Assembly (NCBI GenBank): GCA_032718475.1
Contig: JAUCBJ010002615.1
Location: 1-64,000, forward strand
From: Nemertoderma westbladi
Taxonomy: Eukaryota > Animalia > Xenacoelomorpha
Reading direction: 5' to 3'
Length of the DNA: 64,000 nt
Shown piece by piece: positions 49,801-64,000 of the stretch (position 1 is the stretch's first letter; each line of letters begins with the position of its first letter). Under the pieces are notes generated by a model, which was not told the DNA's origin, did no database searches, and worked only from the letters and a program-made list of their open reading frames with translations. A program made the position numbers and the translations under genes.

Positions 49801-52800
49801 CCACCAGTTTGGGATCATTGCAAACCAGCGACTAGTTTGGGATCATTGTAAACCGGCGACCAGTTTTGGAACATTGTAAACCAGCGACCAGTTTGGGAAC
49901 ATTGTAAACCAGCGACCAGTTTGGGAACATTGTAAACCATCGACCAGTTTGGGAATATTGTAAACCAGTGAGCAGTTTGGGAACATTGTAAACCAGCCAC
50001 CAGTTTGGGAACATTGTAAACCAGCCACCAGTTTGGGAACATTGTAAACCAGCGACCAGTTTGGGAACATTGTAAACCAGCGACCAGTTTGGGAACATTG
50101 TAAACCATGGGCCAGTTTGGGAACATTGTAAACCAGCGACCAGTTTGGGAAAATTGTAAACCAGCCACCAGTTTGGGAACATTGTAAACCAGCCACCAAT
50201 TTGGGAACATTGTAAACCAGCGACCAGTTTGGGAACATTGTAAACCAGCGACCAGTTTGGGAACATTGTAAACTAGAGACCAGTTTGGGAACATTGTAAA
50301 CCAGCGACCAGTTTGGGATCATTGTAAACCGGCTACCAGTTTTGGAACATTGTAAACCAGCGACCAGTTTGGGAACATTGTAAACCAGCAACCAGTTTGG
50401 GAATATTGTAAACCAGTGACCAGTTTGGGAACATTGTAAACCAGCGACTAGTTTGGGATCATTGTAAACCGGTGACCAGTTTGGGAACATTGTAGGACTA
50501 ACTAGCGACCAGTTTAGGAACATTGTAAACCAGTGACCAGTTTGGGAACATTGTAGGAACTGGCGACTAGTTTGGGAACATTGTAAACCAGCGACCAGTT
50601 TGGGAACATTGTAAACCAGCGACCAGTTTGGGAATATTGTAAACCAGTGACCAGTTTGGGAACATTGTAAACCAGCGACCAGTTTGGGAATATTGTAAAC
50701 CAGTGACCAGTTTGGGAATATTGTAAACCAGTGACCAGTTTGGGAACATTGTAAACCAGCGACCAGTTTGGGATCATTGTAAACCGGCGACCAGTTTGGG
50801 AACATTGTAAACCAGCGACCAGTTTGGGAACATTGTAAACCAGCGACCAGTTTGGGAACATTGTAAAACAGCGACTAGTTTGGGATCATTGTAAACCGGC
50901 GACCAGTTTGGGAACATTGTAAACCAGCCACCAATTTGGGAACATTGTAAACCAGCGACCAGTTTGGGAACATTGTAAACCAGCGACCAGTTTGGGAATA
51001 TTGTAAACCAGCGACCAGTTTGGGAACATTGTAAACCAGCGACCAGTTTGGGAATATTGTAAACCAGTGACCAGTTTTGGAACATTGTAAACCAGCGACC
51101 AGTTTGGGAATATTGTAAACCAGCGACCAGTTTGGGAACATTGTAAACCAGCGACCAGTTTGGGAATATTGTAAACCAGTGACCAGTTTTGGAACATTGT
51201 AAACCAGCGACTAGTTTGGGATCATTGTAAACCGGCGACCAGTTTGGGAACATTGTAAACCAGCGACCAGTTTGGGAATATTGCAAACCAGTGACCAGTT
51301 TGGGAACATTGTAAACCAGCGACCAGTTTGGGAATATTGCAAACCAGTGACCAGTTTGGGAACATTGTAAACCAGCGACTAGTTTGGGATCATTGTAAAC
51401 CAGCGACTAGTTTGGGATCATTGTAAACCAGCCACCAATTTGGGAACATTGTAAACCAGCGACCAGTTTGGGAACATTGTAAACCAGCCACCAATTTGGG
51501 AACATTGTAAACCAGCGACCAGTTTGGGAACATTGTAAACCAGCCACCAATTTGGGAACATTGTAAACCAGCGACCAGTTTGGGAACATTGTAAACCAGC
51601 GACCAGTTTGGGAACATTGTAAACCGGCGACCAGTTTGGAAACATTGTAAACCAGCGACCAGTTTGGGAACATTGTAAACCAGCGACCAGTTTGGGAACA
51701 TTGTAAAACAGCGACTAGTTTGGGATCATTGTAAACCGGCGACCAGTTTGGGAACATTGTAAACCAGCGACCAGTTTGGGAACATTGTAAACCAGCGACC
51801 AGTTTGGGAACATTGTAAACCATCGACCAGTTTGGGAATATTGTAAACCAGTGAGCAGTTTGGGAACATTGTAAACCAGCCACCAGTTTGGGAACATTGT
51901 AAACCAGCCACCAGTTTGGGAACATTGTAAACCAGCGACCAGTTTGGGAACATTGTAAACCAGCGACCAGTTTGGGAACATTGTAAACCATCGGCCAGTT
52001 TGGGAACATTGTAAACCAGCGACCAGTTTGGGAAAATTGTAAACCAGCCACCAGTTTGGGAACATTGTAAACCAGCCACCAGTTTGGGATCATTGCAAAC
52101 CAGCGACTAGTTTGGGATCATTGTAAACCGGCGACCAGTTTTGGAACATTGTAAACCAGCGACCAGTTTGGGAACATTGTAAACCAGCGACCAGTTTGGG
52201 AACATTGTAAACCATCGACCAGTTTGGGAATATTGTAAACCAGTGAGCAGTTTGGGAACATTGTAAACCAGCCACCAGTTTGGGAACATTGTAAACCAGC
52301 CACCAGTTTGGGAACATTGTAAACCAGCGACCAGTTTGGGAACATTGTAAACCAGCGACCAGTTTGGGAACATTGTAAACCATGGGCCAGTTTGGGAACA
52401 TTGTAAACCAGCGACCAGTTTGGGAAAATTGTAAACCAGCCACCAGTTTGGGAACATTGTAAACCAGCCACCAATTTGGGAACATTGTAAACCAGCGACC
52501 AGTTTGGGAACATTGTAAACCAGCGACCAGTTTGGGAACATTGTAAACTAGAGACCAGTTTGGGAACATTGTAAACCAGCGACCAGTTTGGGATCATTGT
52601 AAACCGGCGACCAGTTTTGGAACATTGTAAACCAGCGACCAGTTTGGGAACATTGTAAACCAGCAACCAGTTTGGGAATATTGTAAACCAGTGACCAGTT
52701 TGGGAACATTGTAAACCAGCGACTAGTTTGGGATCATTGTAAACCGGTGACCAGTTTGGGAACATTGTAGGACTAACTAGCGACCAGTTTAGGAACATTG

Positions 52801-55800
52801 TAAACCAGTGACCAGTTTGGGAACATTGTAGGAACTGGCGACTAGTTTGGGAACATTGTAAACCAGCGACCAGTTTGGGAACATTGTAAACCAGCGACCA
52901 GTTTGGGAATATTGTAAACCAGTGACCAGTTTGGGAACATTGTAAACCAGCGACCAGTTTGGGAATATTGTAAACCAGTGACCAGTTTGGGAATATTGTA
53001 AACCAGTGACCAGTTTGGGAACATTGTAAACCAGCGACCAGTTTGGGATCATTGTAAACCGGCGACCAGTTTGGGAACATTGTAAACCAGCGACCAGTTT
53101 GGGATCATTGTAAACCGGCGACCAGTTTGGGAACATTGTAAACCAGCCACCAATTTGGGAACATTGTAAACCAGCGACCAGTTTGGGAACATTGTAAACC
53201 AGCGACCAGTTTGGGAACATTGTAAACCAGCGACCAGTTTGGGAACATTGTAAACCAGCGACCAGTTTGGGAATATTGTAAACCAGCGACCAGTTTGGGA
53301 ACATTGTAAACCAGCGACCAGTTTGGGAATATTGTAAACCAGTGACCAGTTTTGGAACATTGTAAACCAGCGACCAGTTTGGGAATATTGTAAACCAGCG
53401 ACCAGTTTGGGAACATTGTAAACCAGCGACCAGTTTGGGAATATTGTAAACCAGTGACCAGTTTTGGAACATTGTAAACCAGCGACTAGTTTGGGATCAT
53501 TGTAAACCGGCGACCAGTTTGGGAACATTGTAAACCAGCGACCAGTTTGGGAATATTGCAAACCAGTGACCAGTTTGGGAACATTGTAAACCAGCGACCA
53601 GTTTGGGAATATTGCAAACCAGTGACCAGTTTGGGAACATTGTAAACCAGCGACTAGTTTGGGATCATTGTAAACCAGCGACTAGTTTGGGATCATTGTA
53701 AACCAGCCACCAATTTGGGAACATTGTAAACCAGCGACCAGTTTGGGAACATTGTAAACCAGCCACCAATTTGGGAACATTGTAAACCAGCGACCAGTTT
53801 GGGAACATTGTAAACCAGCCACCAATTTGGGAACATTGTAAACCAGCGACCAGTTTGGGAACATTGTAAACCAGCGACCAGTTTGGGAACATTGTAAACC
53901 GGCGACCAGTTTGGAAACATTGTAAACCAGAGACCAGTTTGGGAACATTGTAAACCGGCGACCAGTTTGGGAACATTGTAAACCAGCGACCAGTTTGGGA
54001 ACATTGTAAACTAGAGACCAGTTTGGGATCATTGTAAACCGGCGACCAGTTTGGGAACATTGTAAACCAGCCACCAATTTGGGAACATTGTAAACCAGCG
54101 ACCAGTTTGGGAACATTGTAAACCAGCCACCAATTTGGGAACATTGTAAACCAGCGACCAGTTTGGGAACATTGTAAACCAGCGACCAGTTTGGGAACAT
54201 TGTAAACTAGAGACCAGTTTGGGAACATTGTAAACCAGCGACCAGTTTGGGATCATTGCAAACCAGCGACTAGTTTGGGATCATTGTAAACCGGCGACCA
54301 GTTTGGGAACATTGTAAACCAGCGACTAGTTTGGGATCATTGTAAACCGGCGACCAGTTTTGGAACATTGTAAACCAGCGACCAGTTTGGGAATATTGTA
54401 AACCAGCGACCAGTTTGGGAACATTGTAAACCATCGGCCAGTTTGGGAACATTGTAAACCAGCGACCAGTTTGGGAAAATTGTAAACGAGCCACCAGTTT
54501 GGGAACATTGTAAACCAGCCACCAATTTGGGAACATTGTAAACCAGCGACCAGTTTGGGAACATTGTAAACCAGCGACCAGTTTGGGAACATTGTAAACT
54601 AGAGACCAGTTTGGGAACATTGTAAACCAGCGACCAGTTTGGGATCATTGCAAACCAGCGACTAGTTTGGGATCATTGTAAACCGGCGACCAGTTTTGGA
54701 ACATTGTAAACCAGCGACCAGTTTGGGAACATTGTAAACCAGCGACCAGTTTGGGAACATTGTAAACCATCGACCAGTTTGGGAATATTGTAAACCAGTG
54801 AGCAGTTTGGGAACATTGTAAACCAGCCACCAGTTTGGGAACATTGTAAACCAGCCACCAGTTTGGGAACATTGTAAACCAGCGACCAGTTTGGGAACAT
54901 TGTAAACCAGCGACCAGTTTGGGAACATTGTAAACCATGGGCCAGTTTGGGAACATTGTAAACCAGCGACCAGTTTGGGAAAATTGTAAACCAGCCACCA
55001 GTTTGGGAACATTGTAAACCAGCCACCAATTTGGGAACATTGTAAACCAGCGACCAGTTTGGGAACATAGTAAACCAGCGACCAGTTTGGGAACATTGTA
55101 AACTAGAGACCAGTTTGGGAACATTGTAAACCAGCGACCAGTTTGGGATCATTGTAAACCGGCGACCAGTTTTGGAACATTGTAAACCAGCGACCAGTTT
55201 GGGAACATTGTAAACCAGCGACCAGTTTGGGAATATTGTAAACCAGTGACCAGTTTGGGAACATTGTAAACCAGCGACTAGTTTGGGAATATTATAAACC
55301 GGCGACCAGTTTGGGAACATTGTAAACCGGCGACCAGTTTGGGAACATTGTAAACCAGCGACCAGTTTGGGAATATTGCAAACCAGTGACCAGTTTGGGA
55401 ACATTGTAAACCAGCGACCAGTTTGGGAATATTGTAAACCAGCGACCAGTTTGGGAACATTGTAAATCAGCGACCAGTATGGGAATATTGTAAACCAGTG
55501 ACCAGTTTGGGAACATTGTAAACTAGAGACCAGTTTGGGAACATTGTAAACCAGCGACCAGTTTGGGAATATTGTAAACCGGCGACCAGTTTGGGAACAT
55601 TGTAAACCAGCGACCAGTTTGGGAACATTGTAAACCAGCGACCAGTATGGGAATATTGTAAACCAGTGACCAGTTTGGGAACATTGTAAACTAGAGACCA
55701 GTTTGGGAACATTGTAAACCAGCGACCAGTTTGGGAACATTGTAAACCAGCGACCAGTTTGGGAATATTGTAAACCGGCGACCAGTTTGGGAACATTGTA

Positions 55801-58800
55801 AACCGGCGACCAGTTTGGGAACATTGTAAACCAGTGACCAGTTTGGGAACATTGTAAACCAGCGACCAGTTTGGGAATATTGTAAACCAGTGACCAGTTT
55901 GGGAATATTGTAAACCAGCGACCAGTTTGGGAACATTGTAAACCAGCGACCAGTTTTGGAATATTGTAAACTAGAGACCAGTTTGGGAACATTGTAAACC
56001 GGCGACTAGTTTGGGATCATTGCAAACCAGCGACTAGTTTGGGAACATTGTAAACCAGCGACCAGTTTGGGAACATTGTAAACCAGCGACCAGTTTGGGA
56101 TCATTGCAAACCAGCGACTAGTTTGGGATCATTGTAAACCGGCGACCAGTTTTGGAACATTGTAAACCAGCGACCAGTTTGGGAACATTGTAAACCAGCC
56201 ACCAATTTGGGAACATTGTAAACCAGCGACCAGTTTGGGAACATTGTAAACCAGCGACCAGTTTGGGAACATTGTAAACTAGAGACCAGTTTGGGAACAT
56301 TGTAAACCAGCCACCAGTTTGGGAACATTGTAAACCAGCCACCAATTTGGGAACATTGTAAACCAGCGACCAGTTTGGGAACATTGTAAACCAGCCACCA
56401 ATTTGGGAACATTGTAAACCAGCGACCAGTTTGGGAACATTGTAAACCAGCGACCAGTTTGGGAACATTGTAAACCGGCGACCAGTTTGGAAACATTGTA
56501 AACCAGAGACCAGTTTGGGAACATTGTAAACCGGCGACCAGTTTGGGAACATTGTAAACCAGCGACCAGTTTGGGAACATTGTAAACTAGAGACCAGTTT
56601 GGGATCATTGTAAACCGGCGACCAGTTTGGGAACATTGTAAACCAGCCACCAATTTGGGAACATTGTAAACCAGCGACCAGTTTGGGAACATTGTAAACC
56701 AGCCACCAATTTGGGAACATTGTAAACCAGCGACCAGTTTGGGAACATTGTAAACCAGCGACCAGTTTGGGAACATTGTAAACTAGAGACCAGTTTGGGA
56801 ACATTGTAAACCAGCGACCAGTTTGGGATCATTGCAAACCAGCGACTAGTTTGGGATCATTGTAAACCGGCGACCAGTTTGGGAACATTGTAAACCAGCG
56901 ACTAGTTTGGGATCATTGTAAACCGGCGACCAGTTTTGGAACATTGTAAACCAGCGACCAGTTTGGGAATATTGTAAACCAGCGACCAGTTTGGGAACAT
57001 TGTAAACCATCGGCCAGTTTGGGAACATTGTAAACCAGCGACCAGTTTGGGAAAATTGTAAACCAGCCACCAGTTTGGGAACATTGTAAACCAGCCACCA
57101 ATTTGGGAACATTGTAAACCAGCGACCAGTTTGGGAACATTGTAAACCAGCGACCAGTTTGGGAACATTGTAAACTAGAGACCAGTTTGGGAACATTGTA
57201 AACCAGCGACCAGTTTGGGATCATTGCAAACCAGCGACTAGTTTGGGATCATTGTAAACCGGCGACCAGTTTTGGAACATTGTAAACCAGCGACCAGTTT
57301 GGGAACATTGTAAACCAGCGACCAGTTTGGGAACATTGTAAACCATCGACCAGTTTGGGAATATTGTAAACCAGTGAGCAGTTTGGGAACATTGTAAACC
57401 AGCCACCAGTTTGGGAACATTGTAAACCAGCCACCAGTTTGGGAACATTGTAAACCAGCGACCAGTTTGGGAACATTGTAAACCAGCGACCAGTTTGGGA
57501 ACATTGTAAACCATGGGCCAGTTTGGGAACATTGTAAACCAGCGACCAGTTTGGGAAAATTGTAAACCAGCCACCAGTTTGGGAACATTGTAAACCAGCC
57601 ACCAATTTGGGAACATTGTAAACCAGCGACCAGTTTGGGAACATAGTAAACCAGCGACCAGTTTGGGAACATTGTAAACTAGAGACCAGTTTGGGAACAT
57701 TGTAAACCAGCGACCAGTTTGGGATCATTGTAAACCGGCGACCAGTTTTGGAACATTGTAAACCAGCGACCAGTTTGGGAACATTGTAAACCAGCGACCA
57801 GTTTGGGAATATTGTAAACCAGTGACCAGTTTGGGAACATTGTAAACCAGCGACTAGTTTGGGATCATTGTAAACCGGTGACCAGTTTGGGAACATTGTA
57901 GGACTAACTAGCGACCAGTTTAGGAACATTGTAAACCAGTGACCAGTTTGGGAACATTGTAGGAACTGGCGACTAGTTTGGGAACATTGTAAACCAGCGA
58001 CCAGTTTGGGAACATTGTAAACCAGCGACCAGTTTGGGAATATTGTAAACCAGTGACCAGTTTGGGAACATTGTAAACCAGCGACCAGTTTGGGAATATT
58101 GTAAACCAGTGACCAGTTTGGGAATATTGTAAACCAGTGACCAGTTTGGGAACATTGTAAACCAGCGACTAGTTTGGGATCATTGTAAACCGGCGACCAG
58201 TTTTGGAACATTGTAAACCAGCGACCAGTTTGGGAACATTGTAAACCAGCGACTAGTTTGGGATCATTGTAAACCGGCGACCAGTTTGGGAACATTGTAG
58301 GACTAACTAGCGACCAGTTTAGGAACATTGTAAACCAGTGACCAGTTTGGGAACATTGTAAACCGGCGACCAGTTTTGGAACATTGTAGGACTAACTAGC
58401 GACCAGTTTAGGAACGTTGTAAACCAGTGACCAGTTTGGGAACATTGTAAACCGGCGACCAGTTTTGGAACATTGTAAACCAGCGACCAGTTTGGGAATA
58501 TTGTAAACCAGCGACTAGTTTGGGATCATTGTAAACCGGCGACCAGTTTGGGAACATTGTAAACCAGCGACCAGTTTGGGAATATTGCAAACCAGTGACC
58601 AGTTTGGGAACATTGTAAACCAGCGACTAGTTTGGGATCATTGTAAACCGGCGACCAGTTTGGGAACATTGTAGGACTAACTAGCGACCAGTTTAGGAAC
58701 ATTGTAAACCAGTGACCAGTTTGGGAACATTGTAAACCGGCGACCAGTTTTGGAACATTGTAAACCAGCGACCAGTTTGGGAATATTGTAAACCAGCGAC

Positions 58801-61800
58801 TAGTTTGGGATCATTGTAAACCGGCGACCAGTTTGGGAACATTGTAAACCAGCGACCAGTTTGGGAATATTGTAAACCAGCGACTAGTTTGGGATCATTG
58901 TAAACCGGCGACCAGTTTGGGAACATTGTAAACCAGCGACCAGTTTGGGAATATTGCAAACCAGTGACCAGTTTGGGAACATTGTAAACCAGCGACTAGT
59001 TTGGGATCATTGTAAACCAGCGACTAGTTTGGGATCATTGTAAACCAGCCACCAATTTGGGAACATTGTAAACCAGCGACCAGTTTGGGAACATTGTAAA
59101 CCAGCGACCAGTTTGGGAACATTGTAAACTAGAGACCAGTTTGGGAACATTGTAAACCAGCGACCAGTTTGGGATCATTGCAAACCAGCGACTAGTTTGG
59201 GATCATTGTAAACCGGCGACCAGTTTTGGAACATTGTAAACCAGCGACCAGTTTGGGAACATTGTAAACCAGCGACCAGTTTGGGAACATTGTAAACCAT
59301 CGACCAGTTTGGGAATATTGTAAACCAGTGAGCAGTTTGGGAACATTGTAAACCAGCCACCAGTTTGGGAACATTGTAAACCAGCCACCAGTTTGGGAAC
59401 ATTGTAAACCAGCGACCAGTTTGGGAACATTGTAAACCAGCGACCAGTTTGGGAACATTGTAAACCATGGGCCAGTTTGGGAACATTGTAAACCAGCGAC
59501 CAGTTTGGGAAAATTGTAAACCAGCCACCAGTTTGGGAACATTGTAAACCAGCCACCAATTTGGGAACATTGTAAACCAGCGACCAGTTTGGGAACATAG
59601 TAAACCAGCGACCAGTTTGGGAACATTGTAAACTAGAGACCAGTTTGGGAACATTGTAAACCAGCGACCAGTTTGGGATCATTGTAAACCGGCGACCAGT
59701 TTTGGAACATTGTAAACCAGCGACCAGTTTGGGAACATTGTAAACCAGCGACCAGTTTGGGAATATTGTAAACCAGTGACCAGTTTGGGAACATTGTAAA
59801 CCAGCGACTAGTTTGGGAATATTGTAAACCGGCGACCAGTTTGGGAACATTGTAAACCGGCGACCAGTTTGGGAACATTGTAAACCAGCGACCAGTTTGG
59901 GAATATTGCAAACCAGTGACCAGTTTGGGAACATTGTAAACCAGCGACCAGTTTGGGAATATTGTAAACCAGCGACCAGTTTGGGAACATTGTAAATCAG
60001 CGACCAGTATGGGAATATTGTAAACCAGTGACCAGTTTGGGAACATTGTAAACTAGAGACCAGTTTGGGAACATTGTAAACCAGCGACCAGTTTGGGAAT
60101 ATTGTAAACCGGCGACCAGTTTGGGAACATTGTAAACCAGCGACCAGTTTGGGAACATTGTAAACCAGCGACCAGTATGGGAATATTGTAAACCAGTGAC
60201 CAGTTTGGGAACATTGTAAACTAGAGACCAGTTTGGGAACATTGTAAACCAGCGACCAGTTTGGGAACATTGTAAACCAGCGACCAGTTTGGGAATATTG
60301 TAAACCGGCGACCAGTTTGGGAACATTGTAAACCGGCGACCAGTTTGGGAACATTGTAAACCAGTGACCAGTTTGGGAACATTGTAAACCAGCGACCAGT
60401 TTGGGAATATTGTAAACCAGTGACCAGTTTGGGAATATTGTAAACCAGCGACCAGTTTGGGAACATTGTAAACCAGCGACCAGTTTGGGAATATTGTAAA
60501 CCAGCGACTAGTTTGGGATCATTGTAAACCGGCGACCAGTTTGGGAACATTGTAAACCAGCGACCAGTTTGGGAATATTGCAAACCAGTGACCAGTTTGG
60601 GAACATTGTAAACCAGCGACTAGTTTGGGATCATTGTAAACCGGCGACCAGTTTGGGAACATTGTAGGACTAACTAGCGACCAGTTTAGGAACATTGTAA
60701 ACCAGTGACCAGTTTGGGAACATTGTAAACCGGCGACCAGTTTTGGAACATTGTAAACCAGCGACCAGTTTGGGAATATTGTAAACCAGCGACTAGTTTG
60801 GGATCATTGTAAACCGGCGACCAGTTTGGGAACATTGTAAACCAGCGACCAGTTTGGGAATATTGTAAACCAGCGACTAGTTTGGGATCATTGTAAACCG
60901 GCGACCAGTTTGGGAACATTGTAAACCAGCGACCAGTTTGGGAATATTGCAAACCAGTGACCAGTTTGGGAACATTGTAAACCAGCGACTAGTTTGGGAT
61001 CATTGTAAACCAGCGACTAGTTTGGGATCATTGTAAACCAGCCACCAATTTGGGAACATTGTAAACCAGCGACCAGTTTGGGAACATTGTAAACCAGCGA
61101 CCAGTTTGGGAACATTGTAAACTAGAGACCAGTTTGGGAACATTGTAAACCATGGGCCAGTTTGGGAACATTGTAAACCAGCGACCAGTTTGGGAAAATT
61201 GTAAACCAGCCACCAGTTTGGGAACATTGTAAACCAGCCACCAATTTGGGAACATTGTAAACCAGCGACCAGTTTGGGAACATAGTAAACCAGCGACCAG
61301 TTTGGGAACATTGTAAACTAGAGACCAGTTTGGGAACATTGTAAACCAGCGACCAGTTTGGGATCATTGTAAACCGGCGACCAGTTTTGGAACATTGTAA
61401 ACCAGCGACCAGTTTGGGAACATTGTAAACCAGCGACCAGTTTGGGAATATTGTAAACCAGTGACCAGTTTGGGAACATTGTAAACCAGCGACTAGTTTG
61501 GGAATATTGTAAACCGGCGACCAGTTTGGGAACATTGTAAACCGGCGACCAGTTTGGGAACATTGTAAACCAGCGACCAGTTTGGGAATATTGCAAACCA
61601 GTGACCAGTTTGGGAACATTGTAAACCAGCGACCAGTTTGGGAATATTGTAAACCAGCGACCAGTTTGGGAACATTGTAAATCAGCGACCAGTATGGGAA
61701 TATTGTAAACCAGTGACCAGTTTGGGAACATTGTAAACTAGAGACCAGTTTGGGAACATTGTAAACCAGCGACCAGTTTGGGAATATTGTAAACCGGCGA

Positions 61801-64000
61801 CCAGTTTGGGAACATTGTAAACCAGCGACCAGTTTGGGAACATTGTAAACCAGCGACCAGTATGGGAATATTGTAAACCAGTGACCAGTTTGGGAACATT
61901 GTAAACTAGAGACCAGTTTGGGAACATTGTAAACCAGCGACCAGTTTGGGAACATTGTAAACCAGCGACCAGTTTGGGAATATTGTAAACCGGCGACCAG
62001 TTTGGGAACATTGTAAACCGGCGACCAGTTTGGGAACATTGTAAACCAGTGACCAGTTTGGGAACATTGTAAACCAGCGACCAGTTTGGGAATATTGTAA
62101 ACCAGTGACCAGTTTGGGAATATTGTAAACCAGCGACCAGTTTGGGAACATTGTAAACCAGCGACCAGTTTTGGAATATTGTAAACTAGAGACCAGTTTG
62201 GGAACATTGTAAACCGGCGACCAGTTTGGGATCATTGCAAACCAGCGACTAGTTTGGGAACATTGTAAACCAGCGACCAGTTTGGGAACATTGTAAACCA
62301 GCGACCAGTTTGGGATCATTGCAAACCAGCGACTAGTTTGGGATCATTGTAAACCGGCGACCAGTTTTGGAACATTGTAAACCAGCGACCAGTTTGGGAA
62401 CATTGTAAACCAGCCACCAATTTGGGAACATTGTAAACCAGCGACCAGTTTGGGAACATTGTAAACCAGCGACCAGTTTGGGAACATTGTAAACTAGAGA
62501 CCAGTTTGGGAACATTGTAAACCAGCCACCAGTTTGGGAACATTGTAAACCAGCCACCAATTTGGGAACATTGTAAACCAGCGACCAGTTTGGGAACATT
62601 GTAAACCAGCCACCAATTTGGGAACATTGTAAACCAGCGACCAGTTTGGGAACATTGTAAACCAGCGACCAGTTTGGGAACATTGTAAACCGGCGACCAG
62701 TTTGGAAACATTGTAAACCAGAGACCAGTTTGGGAACATTGTAAACCGGCGACCAGTTTGGGAACATTGTAAACCAGCGACCAGTTTGGGAACATTGTAA
62801 ACTAGAGACCAGTTTGGGATCATTGTAAACCGGCGACCAGTTTGGGAACATTGTAAACCAGCCACCAATTTGGGAACATTGTAAACCAGCGACCAGTTTG
62901 GGAACATTGTAAACCAGCCACCAATTTGGGAACATTGTAAACCAGCGACCAGTTTGGGAACATTGTAAACCAGCGACCAGTTTGGGAACATTGTAAACTA
63001 GAGACCAGTTTGGGAACATTGTAAACCAGCGACCAGTTGGGATCATTGCAAACCAGCGACTAGTTTGGGATCATTGTAAACCGGCGACCAGTTTGGGAAC
63101 ATTGTAAACCAGCGACTAGTTTGGGATCATTGTAAACCGGCGACCAGTTTTGGAACATTGTAAACCAGCGACCAGTTTGGGAATATTGTAAACCAGCGAC
63201 CAGTTTGGGAACATTGTAAACCATCGGCCAGTTTGGGAACATTGTAAACCAGCGACCAGTTTGGGAAAATTGTAAACCAGCCACCAGTTTGGGAACATTG
63301 TAAACCAGCCACCAATTTGGGAACATTGTAAACCAGCGACCAGTTTGGGAACATTGTAAACCAGCGACCAGTTTGGGAACATTGTAAACTAGAGACCAGT
63401 TTGGGAACATTGTAAACCAGCGACCAGTTTGGGATCATTGCAAACCAGCGACTAGTTTGGGATCATTGTAAACCGGCGACCAGTTTTGGAACATTGTAAA
63501 CCAGCGACCAGTTTGGGAACATTGTAAACCAGCGACCAGTTTGGGAACATTGTAAACCATCGACCAGTTTGGGAATATTGTAAACCAGTGAGCAGTTTGG
63601 GAACATTGTAAACCAGCCACCAGTTTGGGAACATTGTAAACCAGCCACCAGTTTGGGAACATTGTAAACCAGCGACCAGTTTGGGAACATTGTAAACCAG
63701 CGACCAGTTTGGGAACATTGTAAACCATGGGCCAGTTTGGGAACATTGTAAACCAGCGACCAGTTTGGGAAAATTGTAAACCAGCCACCAGTTTGGGAAC
63801 ATTGTAAACCAGCCACCAATTTGGGAACATTGTAAACCAGCGACCAGTTTGGGAACATAGTAAACCAGCGACCAGTTTGGGAACATTGTAAACTAGAGAC
63901 CAGTTTGGGAACATTGTAAACCAGCGACCAGTTTGGGATCATTGTAAACCGGCGACCAGTTTTGGAACATTGTAAACCAGCGACCAGTTTGGGAACATTG
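22836..64000. repeat. 28-bp satellite array (~1470 monomers; runs to the window edge), consensus GGAACATTGTAAACCAGCGACCAGTTTG
   Basis: Direct reading. Left-domain variant GGAACATTGTTAATCAGCGATCAGTTTA; 30-bp (GTAGGAACTGGCG) and 33-bp (GTAGGACTAACTAGCG) variants; multi-kb internal duplications. Confidence 0.98.
48468..48559. other. 92-bp non-satellite insertion flanked by a 12-bp target duplication
   Basis: AAACCATCGACC at 48456-48467 and again at 48560-48571. The homologous monomer at ~40615 is uninterrupted. Confidence 0.9.

Noticed and set aside
27777-63942. Over a hundred minus-strand ORFs repeating MFPNWSLVYNVPKLVAGLQCSQTGRWFT
   Set aside because: The 28-bp monomer lacks minus-strand stops, so three monomers cycle through all frames. 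The ORFs overlap in all three frames, and variants ignore codon structure.
1778-64000. CRISPR array (28- and 37-bp repeat lengths fall in the CRISPR range)
   Set aside because: Units are head-to-tail with no unique spacers, there are no cas genes, and the context is eukaryotic. The one 92-bp insert duplicates only 12 bp, not a full repeat.
22836-64000. Telomeric repeat (TTAGG and TTTGGG occur within the monomer)
   Set aside because: Each motif occurs once per 28-mer, never as a tandem run, and nothing here shows a chromosome end.

Overview
AT-rich animal (probably invertebrate) nuclear DNA; about 70% of the window is tandem repeat. Left to right: transposon and RTE-LINE debris; the last two coding exons of a dynactin subunit 3 (DCTN3)-like gene (+), whose last intron holds a ~3.9-kb 37-bp satellite; and an intronless full-length nardilysin/insulysin (M16A) gene (-) with one in-frame TGA and an HxxDH active site, bracketed by ~410-bp inverted repeats. 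Next is a complete young Troyka-type LTR retrotransposon (263-bp CG..CG LTRs, 3-bp TSD, LADD reverse transcriptase) with a tRNA-like Pol III cassette in its 3' region. An old Gypsy pol follows, interrupted by a solo LTR and a piggyBac-type MITE. From ~22,836 to the window end runs a >41-kb 28-bp satellite with layered variants, multi-kb internal duplications and a single 92-bp foreign insert with a 12-bp target duplication. Most ORFs in the supplied track are satellite artefacts. No database searches were run; family calls rest on recalled motifs.
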